Shown: piece by piece, positions 33,506-45,681 of the stretch
Position numbering within the stretch: the stretch's first letter is position 1
Layout of the letters: each line of letters starts with the position of its first letter
DNA from: the human T2T-CHM13v2.0 reference genome, Homo sapiens
Length of the DNA: 64,000 bases
Assembly: GCF_009914755.1 (NCBI RefSeq)
Contig: NC_060939.1
Reading direction: 5' to 3' (one strand)
The notes under the pieces: generated by a model
Database searches by the model: none
What the model was told of the DNA's origin: nothing
The model's input: only the letters and a program-made list of their open reading frames with translations
Position numbers and translations under genes: made by a program

Positions 33506-36431
33506 GTAGATAACGGGGAGCCGTCAAGGATGCTGAAGAGGGGAATAACATGATGAGCTACGTAATTGGAGAGGCCAACTGTAGCAGCAAAATGGAGGGC
33601 AGATTTGGGAGGGAAAAGCCATAGTCAGGGAAGGCAACTGGGAGGAATTGATTGTGGTAGCAGTGGGAATGGAGAGGAGGTCACAATTTTGAGGAATGTT
33701 TCAGAGCACTTGAGGAAAGACTGAGTCAGGGGATAGAGGCAGAAAAAGAAGACAAAGACAACTCGAAGCTTTCTTATTTGAACAGTAGAAAATGCTTTCT
33801 ACAGAGCTCCTGTCTGGCCTCCTCTCTTGCCACTGCTCCCTTCATTCACCTTGAACACCCTGGGCCAGGTCCTGTGTCAGGGCCCTCAAGGTGCCATTCC
33901 CTCTGCCTGGAATACTCTTACTCTAGGTCTCCAGATGTCTCCCTCCCTCACCTCCTGCAAGTGTTCATTCATTGGTGCCTTTCCTCGTAAGCGTGAGTAC
34001 TAGGTGCTGAGGAGACAGTGAGCATTGCGAAGCAGATGTGAGGGGTGGGTGAGGAAGACGATGAGTCCTTCTGAGTGTGCTGAGTTTGAGGGGGTCCAAT
34101 AAAATGCTGGTTGTAGGTCAGCTGATCAGTATCAGTGACACGTGTTCATCGAAGAAGGGCAGACTGTGTGCTGACAGGCCTGGCCCGGAGCAGACTTGGG
34201 AAACAGGCAACGCTGCTGTCTCACCCCAGGTACCCAAGGCCTTCTAGTACCCTCTATCTTTTCAAATCTTCTCCCAGGAAATGTCCTGATACACTTATTA
34301 ATACTAAGTCCTAAAACACTAATATGGGCAATGTTAGCCAACCCAAGTAATTTTCATTTTAATTTGGAACAGGGTCCTAAGTTATAAGACTGAATCTCTC
34401 ATGGTGGGTTTTTAAGTATCAATGACGAATCTGTCGAGAACACACTTCCCTACTTCTCCCACCCAGAATACCTCATAGCTGGCTTTCTGATCTCCTCTGA
34501 GCTGACTAAAGCAATTTTTGAAAGGCATTCACTAGTGAGTGGACAAAAAAATTCTTTGTGACTAACTCCTCATTACTCAGAAAATTTAAGTGGATCAAAC
34601 ATCCCATCCCCTCACCCTTTGAGTATGTTGGTAATCACAATGTTACTGTATAATGTGAAATTTTCCAAATAGAACTAAACTCAGGTCTATAAATACACAT
34701 GATTAAGCCTTCAAATATAGCACTGCTTTATTTTCATGGGGGCTATTTCTGTGTGGTGATTGCCTGGCTGATTTGCAATTTCAGAATACAAATGGCTTTT
34801 CTCCATAACTAATAGGAAACTTGGCAGGGTGCTGCACACCCAGGCCCTCTGTGAAGAAGTCTGTTCAACAGTGGCAAGTGCTCTTCTTCTGAATTATATA
34901 AGCAGGGCTGACAAGAGGCAATGGTACAACTCCACATCCTGCTAAGTTGAAATAGTGTCTGTTTGGTTTTTCTTCTGGTGCGAGAGGAGTACTGACTCTT
35001 CTTGCAATAAATAATAACATGATCATGAGCATATATCCTTATTATGTTCTAAATTAAATACACAAATTAGGTACAAATTAGGAATACATGCAAATGAAGG
35101 TTTCTCTCACCTTGGATTCCCAAGGAACTAAAAAATGTTTAAATAAAAGTGATGTAACTAAATATTACATCATTCTTAAATATATTTAAATAATAATGAT
35201 GTAAATAAATTAATAATCATGGTGACTAAACCAAAGAGGAACTGCATGAAACAACTTATGGCTTTATCAGCAAAACACTGACTAAAGAGTTTATCATGTC
35301 CATTTAATAGAGAGGAAAGCAGGTTATGATCTTACTGTACTCTCAATATCATAAAGCAACTTTTGTAATATCATCATAGACAATAAAACCCAACTCTGAG
35401 CCAGACCCTTCTAGGTAAACACAACAAAATGGCTACATTTTGAAGTAGCTTAGATAATGACAGACTTTGGAGTCAAAGCTCTAATCCCAGTTCTCTCACT
35501 GATTAATTTTGTGGCTTTGGACAAATGTGGCTTAGGGAAGTTTTCTCATAAGTATAATGGTGATTTTAAAGAGCAGTTTTAGACAATTTGATGTGTCTGA
35601 GAAGATAAAAATTAAAGTTGGAAGTTGCCAAGGCAATTAGGACTCGTAGAGAATCAAGAAGCCAGAGAGAAGAGGGGTGCAAAAATGTGAGGCCAACATC
35701 AGCATCAGTTTTCAAGTTATTTTCTGATTAAATTGTACAAGAGGCTCAAAAGTCAAACAGAAAGTGGGTGCAAGGCAAAGTAGGGTTTCAGGCAGTCTCA
35801 TAATGTTATGGAGAGAAAACCTGAGTTCAGAACTTATAAAGGAGGACCTGAAAAATATCCCAGGCCCCTAGCTGGGATCTTTACAGGGCTGCATCTTAGG
35901 AAGAGGGTGAGCCAGAACTAGATGGACCTTCTCAAAGACAGCAAACCAGCCACGGAGGCAGCATGGTCCCAGCTGGATTGGCGTGATCTGCCTCTGGCTC
36001 CTTGCAAAGGAAGAAGGTAAATCCTGTCTGGAGGCAGAAAACATCATCCAGAGCCTGTGCAATGATTCAGATACAATGTCAGGCATTCATTAAAGAATTG
36101 ACAGACATAGCAAGATATAGGACTGAAAGAAAAATCTGACAACAGACAACTCCAGGTACTGGAGTAATTGGGCACACTAAAATAACTGTAATCAATATGC
36201 TCAAGAAAATTGGTGACAAGAGTTTGCTCAAAGAATTGGAATTTGTTAAAAGAGAATAGAATGAAAATTATAAAGATGAAAAGTACAACTAAAATTAGAA
36301 CTCAGTAGATGGGTTTAATAGCAAGCAGAGCAGAGCTGAAGAGGGGATTGGTGTGCTGGAAGAAAAGTGAGTCGAAAATACGCAGACTGCATCTAGGCAC
36401 CTTCTAGGCAAACTGAGGAAAATCAAAGACA

Positions 36432-36736
<305 letters not shown>

Positions 36737-37101
36737 TTAAACACAAACATTTTAAAGAGCTGCAAGAGAAAAGAGACATTATCTTCAAAGGAGCAGAAAA
36801 AGACTGAGAGCTGACTTTTCCAATGAGAGACAGAGGCATAAGACAATAAACTGACAGTTTTTAAAGTGCTTAAATAATTGACAATCTAGACTTCTATACA
36901 TAGTGAATATACCCTTCAAAATTAAAGGTGAAAAAAAGACATCTCCAGACAGAGAATTTGTCAGCAGCACATTTGCACGAAAGAAAACATTTAAAAGCTT
37001 TAATTCTTCATAAAGAAAGAAAATTATCCAGAAGGAAGCACAAAATGTTAGGAAGGAATGAAGAGCAATGGAAAGGGTGAATCTAAATGAATATTAGCTT
37101 A

Positions 37102-37455
<354 letters not shown>

Positions 37456-38132
37456 CTATACAAGAATAATTGCACAAAGCAGTGGCCAAGGTAGTTGTTT
37501 TATAAGGTCTTAGCATCGGCAGCATCATCTGGGAAGTGAAATAAGTATCCATTCTTAGTAAACTGTAATAAGCCACAATGCCTGCTGTAATCTTCAGGCT
37601 CACTGGTGAAAGAATGAGTTACTAACAAACTAATAGAATGGAGAAAAAGGAATAATTAAAATTCCTTTATATATCCAAAACAAGGCAAGAAAGATGAGAA
37701 AAAGGAACATAAAACATGAAATAAAAGTTAAAGTAAATCAAAATACGCCAGTAATTACATAAAATTCAAACATACTCTAATTAAAAGACAAAGATAGCTT
37801 GACTAATTATATATGTTGCTTACAAAAAATCCTTAAATATAAAGAAACAGAAAGATTAAGCAAGAGGATGAGAACACCTACGCCATGAAAAATCTAACCA
37901 AAAGACAAGTGGGGTAGTTATATTGTCATATAAGACAAGGTACACTTTAAGTCAAAAAGCATTACTACAGTTAAGGACATTTGCTATTGATGAAAAGGCC
38001 TATCTACCAGGAATATAATTCTAAATTTGTATATATCGAATAACATAGTCTTGAAATACATCAAGCAAAATATGACAGAATGTCAAAGTGGAATAAATCA
38101 GCTCATCATCATAGAGTAACCCTCCATGCTCC

Positions 38133-38520
38133 TGTAGGGTGTGCCAATACAAGGCTGCTCTTTTCTCAGGCCATTTCTCCATAGGGTTGAGTTTGCAGCA
38201 AGTAACCTTGAGGGATGAGGTTATGTCTCCTTCTGGGACAAAGAGCAGGCTTGTTTGATGCTTGCTGTAAAAGTGGTGCATTGCCCATTATTTGTCTCCT
38301 ATAACACAATCCACTGAGCACTCAGGCCTTCAGCTGGACCCTCCACATTACCTCCGTAGGGCTTGGGGAGAAGGAGGAACTGACAGAGGCAAACATGCTG
38401 ACACTCATGCTACTTACTGTGCTGAGTGAGTCTTCTGCTTATCACCCAGGAGTCTTATGCCTTCTGCCAGCAATGCATAACTTATTAGCTTGTAAGTAGG
38501 TACGATCAAATCCCAAGCCC
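38133..38520. mobile_element. Probable old ERV LTR nested in L1 (family not assigned)
   Basis: Abrupt GC-richer block starting TGTAGGG that interrupts A-rich L1 sequence. Confidence 0.4.
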
Positions 38521-39141
38521 AAGAATATGTTGCTTACAACAGAAAAATTCTAAATACAAAGACACAGAAAGGTGATGTAAGAGTGGAAAAAAAAATGCCA
38601 TTCAAAAAGCAACCAAAAGAAGGCTGGTGAAGCTATACTAACATAAGACAAAGTAGATTTTAAAATGAGAAGCATATTGAGAGTTAAAGACAGACAGTTG
38701 TAAATAATAATAATAATAAAGACTATCCATCAGGAAGGTATAATTTTGTTTGTACGCTTTTAATAACACAGCCTCAAAATACACAAGGCAAATTTGATGG
38801 AACTAAAAATAGAAATAAACCTGTAATTACACTGAGATTTTTTTAAAAACACACATTTCACAGTAACTGATAGAACAAGCAGACAGAAAAAAACCCCACG
38901 AAACAATAACTGATAGAACAAGCAGACAGAAAAAAAACCCACGAAACATGAGGAGGTATAAGGGATTTGAACAAAATGATTAACAAACTCTGCCAAATAT
39001 TTATATATACCTAAGTACTATAGAACATACAGCACAATCTTTTCAACTGTACGTGGAACACGTACAGGAAAAGTCATGAAAAATTTAAAAGGATTATCAT
39101 AATACAGGCTAGGTTTTCTGACGGCAGTAGAGAAGCTAGAA

Positions 39142-39405
39142 TCTGTCGCCTAGGCTAGAGTGCAGTGGCACCACCATGGCTCACAGCAGCCTCGACCTTC
39201 CTGGATTCAGGTGATCCTCCTACCTCAGCCTCCCAAGTAGCTGGGACTACAGGTATGTGCCACCATGCCTGGCTAATTTCTTTCATATTTTGCAGAGACA
39301 AAGTTTTGCCATGTTGCCCAGGCTGGTTTCAAACTCCTGGGCTCAGTCTGCCCACTTCAGCCTCCCAAAGTGCTAGGATTATAAGCATGAGCCACTGCAT
39401 GCAGC
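39142..39405 (-). mobile_element. Alu (AluJ-like, tail-less)
   Basis: tctgtcgcctaggctagagtgcagtgg...ctcccaaagtgctaggattataagcatgagccac. Confidence 0.85.
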
Positions 39406-39461
39406 TGAAGCTAGAAATTAATAACAAAAAGAAGAAAAATGCCCAAATGCTTAGAAATTAA

Positions 39462-39788
<327 letters not shown>

Positions 39789-40345
39789 TAAAAAGTATTT
39801 TTTGTTGAGGTGAAACTCACATAAAACTAACCAATTTAAAGTGAATAATAACATGAAATTTAAAATTTTTAATTTTAAGTGAACAATTTAGTGGCATTTA
39901 GTGCATTCCCGATGTTGTGCAACCATCATCTCCATTAAAGTTCTAAAACATTTTCAGTGAAAATGAAAAAACATGGGTTAAAAATGAAATCACAATGGAA
40001 ATTAGAAAACATTTTGAGCAGAATGTTAATGAAAATGTGATACAGCATGTGGGATATAGCTAAAGCTGTGCTATGAACATATTATATATTACTTTTCCCA
40101 ATATAAATCGGAAAATTCAGCTTTATAATGGACAAATTCCTAAGATAACACAACTTATCAAATCCAACACAAGAAGAAATAGTGTAGTCTTACATTGATA
40201 AATACATTGAATCTGAAATTTAAAATCTTCCCACAAAGAAATCTAGCCTTAGATTGTTTCACTGTTGAATTCTTCCAAGTGTTTAAAGAAGAAATAATAT
40301 CAATGTTACAAAAAACACTTCCAGTGAATAAAAATAGAGTACTCA

Positions 40346-40675
<330 letters not shown>

Positions 40676-41763
40676 TCAATTTCTCAATTCAGTTTATGAA
40701 GTCACTCTAATCTTGATATTTAACCTGACAAGTATGGTACAATAATAATAATTATTATTCTGATAGACCAATCTTTCTCATAAACATAAATGCAAGAATG
40801 CCAAATAAAATACTAGCAAATGTAATATAGCACTTATAAAAAAAGATTAGGATTGTAAGGTTAATTTTATATTAATTGAAAAAAAAAAAGTCAACTTCTA
40901 CTTCTGCTCATCCCAGTACATCCCACTATAATCAAGTAAAAGTGGACAAAATATATGAAGCAACTATTTTCAGACATTGACCAACAGGCAGCATAGTTTC
41001 GTCATCCTGGAGAGGAAGAAAAGGAAAAAGGTTAGCCCTGTGATTGCCCTGGCTTTTGCCTACAGGCAATTTTTGAAGAGCAGCACAGTTTGCCTTTACC
41101 TAGGGGGAACCTAAGTAGAAGCCCAGCAGTCTCACTGAATTTAAGAGACAGAAACTTGGGAAGACTGTGCTGGCTAGAATTTGTAAGGGATAGTAACTAA
41201 AAGGAGGAAGTTACACAAAGAAAGGTCTCCAGAAATCTAAAGAGGGGTCCCCTTGAGTCTTGGCTGAATACTAATCTGTACATGCATGGGGTGAAACTTC
41301 ATGAGGTCAAAGGACAACTGCCTGGGAGCTCTACTAAACAATTCCTAGAGCTCATACAATAGAAAAGGTTTTAATTTATATCAACCCAAGTAGAAATACT
41401 TCATTGAAAACCTGGGGCATCCAAAAGGGGCCAGAGAAGGGTCATAGCTTGGTAATAGAGCTAAGTTAGCCCTAGAGTAAAGGTACTCTACACCTGTGTA
41501 ACAAAGCTTAAAAACAAACATCAAAAAGGTAGATCTAATCCACATGTAACTGCCTGCCAAAACAAACCTCAACACTCTTTAAAGGAAGACAACAAAATCC
41601 AAACATCCAACAACACAGCACTTGTAATGTCCAGCATCCAGTGAAAAATTACCAGGCATGTGAAGAGTAGCAACTTATGGCCCTAATTAGAAAAAATTCA
41701 ATCGATAGAAAAAATAAATCAATGTAATCCACCACATTAACAAAATAAAGAAAAGCATATGAT

Positions 41764-41915
41764 TGGGGAGAGAGAGAATTGGGACAAATACCTAATGCAT
41801 GGGGAGCTTAAAACCTAGATGACGGGTTGATGGGTGCAGCAAACCACTATGGCACATGTACAAACCTGCACGTTCAGCACAGGTATCCCAGAACTTAAAG
41901 TAAAATAAAAATAAA
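41764..41915 (+). mobile_element. 5'-truncated L1PA 3' end nested in older L1
   Basis: Same L1PA7/8-like 3'UTR as 20550-20728; degenerate TSD aaataaagaaaagcatatgat / aaataaaggaaagcatacgat. Confidence 0.88.
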
Positions 41916-42184
41916 TAAATAAAGGAAAGCATACGATCATTTTGATAGATATAGAAAAAGCATTTGTTAGAATTCAGCATACGTTAATGATTAAAAAAGA
42001 AACACCTAGCAAGCTAGGAATAGAAAGAAGTTCTTAAAACCTGATACAGAGTGTATGCAAAAACCTATAGCAAACACTATACTTAGTGGTGAAATATTGA
42101 AAGTTTGCTCCTAAAACTGGGAAGAAACAAAGATACTTGTTCTGACTACCTCTTTTCAGCATTGTACTGGAGGCCTTCAAAAGG

Positions 42185-43688
42185 CCAATAATCTTACAGG
42201 TACAGATGGAACATTGATCTCCACTGAGTGTAAACAATCTAACCAGAAAGCTTTGATGCCTGTCAATTAATGTTGAAGCTTAAATTCTGGGAGTAAGACA
42301 TGTTGCAGGGATGGAAGGAATGGATAATTAATATTTCTCTCCTCTTTCTCTCCCTCTCCTTTAACAGAATCTATACCAACCTCCTCATAAACCTTCTCAA
42401 GGGCAGCCATGTCCTCATTGGGCCTCAGAAAACCCTTCTTCTATGCCCCCCTCACGAATGTACCAGTGAACAAAGGCATGGTTGGCATACACCAGGTCAA
42501 AACTTGTGGTCCAGGTGAGCCCAGGTCTCAGCAAAGGCTGTGGTATTGCTCAGCATGCACACAGCTCTCTGTATCTTGGCCAGGTCTCCACCAGGTACCA
42601 CCATGGGAAGCTCGTAACTAATGCCAACCTTGAAACCAGTGGGACACCAATCCACACACTGGATATTGTGCTTGGTCTTTATGGTGGTAAAGCAGCATTG
42701 ACATCTTTATGGTGTCACCACAGTGCAACAGGCAGGAAGCCATCATTTGCCATGGCGAAGGTCACATTTCATCATCTGGTTGGCTGGCTCAAATCAAGCA
42801 TTGATGATCTCTGCTCTAAAGCTCTTCATGATAGGCTTTCTCAGCAGAGATAACAGGGATCAGCATTCAGGAAGCCATCAACTCTAAGGGAAGCATAGAG
42901 GGCATAAACTGATGAATAAGGCAGTTAAAGTTAAAGAGACTTCACTAGCTATTGATAGGTTGAGCAATCAATATTGAGATTTCTATGACAGATGTCTACC
43001 ACAAAGGAACACTCAGAGCGCTCCAGGGTAGTGTGGGTGGTGAGAATGGAGCTATAGGGCTCAACTACAGCTTTGGAAACCTGGGACACTGAGTAAATGA
43101 ACTCCAACTTTGACTTCTTGCCATAATGAAGAGACAGACATTCTATCAGCAGGGAGGTGAACCCAGAACCAGTTCCCCAACCAAAGCTATGGAAAACCAA
43201 GAAGCCCTGAAGACTTGTGCACTGGTTGGCCAGCTTGAGAATTTGGTCCAACATGAGGCCAGTGATCTCCTCGCCAATAGTATAGTGCCCTTGGGCATAG
43301 TTATTGGCAGCATCTTCCTTGCCTGTGATGAGCTGCTCAGGGTGGAAGAGCTAGTGGTAGATGGCAACGTGAATTTTGTCAATGAATGTGGGCTCCAGGT
43401 CTACAAACACTGCCCTGGGCTTATGCTTGCCAGCACCTGTCTCACCGAAGATGTTAAAGGAGTCATCTCCCCGAGTGGTCTTGTCACTTGGCACCTGGCC
43501 ATCGGGCTGCATGCCGTGTTCCAGGCCGCAGAGCTCTGAGCAGGGATTATCAATCTGGCCATCAGCCCGGCCAACGTGGATGGAGATGTGCTCACGCATA
43601 GTGGCTAGGGATTAAGAGACAAAGGCAACAGGAGCAGACACCAGGTCCCGGTCACTTCTCCTGAGAAGCTGAGTCAAGGTAACACACT
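42185..43688 (-). pseudogene. Processed alpha-tubulin pseudogene derived from TUBA1B (5'UTR + intronless CDS 43599-42328 + partial 3'UTR)
   Basis: [10 protein letters not shown]..., [30 protein letters not shown] and C-terminal EEVG.DSV.GEGE..Y* are alpha-tubulin. 5'UTR ...ggtgtctgctcctgttgcc...aatccctagccactATG and 3'UTR ttatccattcctt...aaagctttctggttagattgttt recognised as TUBA1B-like. No introns; premature TAG at 43351-43353, frameshifts and internal deletions. Confidence 0.93.
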
Positions 43689-45141
43689 CAGAAATCACAC
43701 TTTTAAAACTATTATTACTTAACATGTTCTGCTTCTGCTTAAATATAAAATGACTTTAGGATAATTAGCATTTTTAGGCATACAGTATTACTTACCAGAG
43801 TCCCTTTCTATTATGTGTTTCTCATTCCTTTTTCAAACCAAAACAAATACTAATTTGTCTTTCTCCTGTAAGAATAAATATTGTAAACATTGGGACATTC
43901 TTTTTAGAGACCTTTTATTTTCTACCCTGATTTTGGCAACCTAGTCTTTTTGGTATATTGACCATAAGAGAAATTATTTAGTAGGCTTGTCTTACTCATG
44001 CACAGTTGGTGTTGTTCTGTTCTTTAATGTGTCTCAAGCAAAGAAATTTAAAGGGCAGCATGGTAAGAAATTTGCCTAAAAGTTACATGATGGTTCTAGT
44101 CCCTGTTCAATTAATTGTGGTGTCCCAGGCAAATCACCCAATGCCTTGGTGTTCTCATCTATAAAGTACTAGAGTTGTTTTTGGCATTGCTGCCTGGCAC
44201 AGAGTTGGCATTCAATAGTCTGTTGATATACAAATATTAGTTTCATAAACATCTTCAAAAGTTTTATTATATTGAATTCAATTCACTTCTGTGAAAAGTA
44301 GTCAACCAACTAAATGGCATGCAAATTAACAAGGTCTACTCCTATTGCACGCTATTTTCGTGGCAGTCTGAGATGAGAAGAAACTAGCACTGGAAGCAAA
44401 AAGGTAATGAAAATACAGTAACACAGTAAGCACTTTTAGTTCACTTTGTGGACAACTGAACTAGAAACCAGATGGAAAAAACTAAGCAACCAACCAACCA
44501 ACCAATCAAAAATGGCCCAAATGAACCAGTGAACTAAAGTAGAAAAGGATCACTTCCCATCCAGAACTGTTTTTCGAAAAATGTCAATAAATTCAGCTCT
44601 TAAAAGAGCTTTTTATATTAAACCAGGCATCTTTCAAAGAGAAGCAGCTACCTTTGAGGTTCTTGAACTTAGGTTGCAACACAAAGATAAGTATAATAGA
44701 GAGAGTGCACAATGTTAAATCAAAGGTAGAGGGGAAGAGGATTGTGGGGACAGTTATTCTGGAGATCAAGAAAGAATTCAGTATGCTTAATGCAAAGTAA
44801 CTGCTGGGGTCCTTGTGTGTTAAATATTCTTATGCGAGGAAACTGTCTTCATGTTTTATATTTGCCTTCATTTTCTTTTATTATTTCCAGACCACCTCTA
44901 TTGGTTATGCTAAGTAATCCTTTTCTCTTTTTGGAGTTTAAACTTTTTAAGGAAACAAAAACTAAAGAACAGAAAGCCAGACACATTGGAAATACAAACT
45001 CTTCTTTTACTGCATAAGAAATGAGAAGAAAAACTTAGTGTGAAATTCTGGAGTCTAAAATTAAAATGTAAACAGAGAATGCTCAGTGACCTTTTCTTAG
45101 GAGGCTCACATGAAGGAATGTCATGGTACATTGACCAAACT

Positions 45142-45147
45142 TTTATT
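45142..45147 (-). terminator. AQR: Candidate distal AQR polyadenylation signal (AATAAA)
   Basis: TTTATT on + = AATAAA on -, ~4.85 kb after the stop codon, ~125 nt downstream of a strong acceptor-like motif. Confidence 0.5.
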
Positions 45148-45364
45148 CATTTGCATTTTCAGGATGTTGCGATTAATACCACATGACACTCAATAAATTA
45201 CACTACGACATTTTGTACAAATCACTTCACTTCTGGTTTCCTCTTCGGCTGTTACTTCACCCTCTGGTTACCTGTAGGGAAAAAAAATGTATTTTGGGGC
45301 TTTATCTTTAAAGGGCGATTCACAGTTCTAGCCAATGTAAAGATATTGGTTCCCAAGGAAATAG

Positions 45365-45681
<317 letters not shown>

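Noticed and set aside
43126-43615. Plus-strand ORFs of 137 and 79 aa
   Set aside because: Antisense shadows of the tubulin pseudogene.
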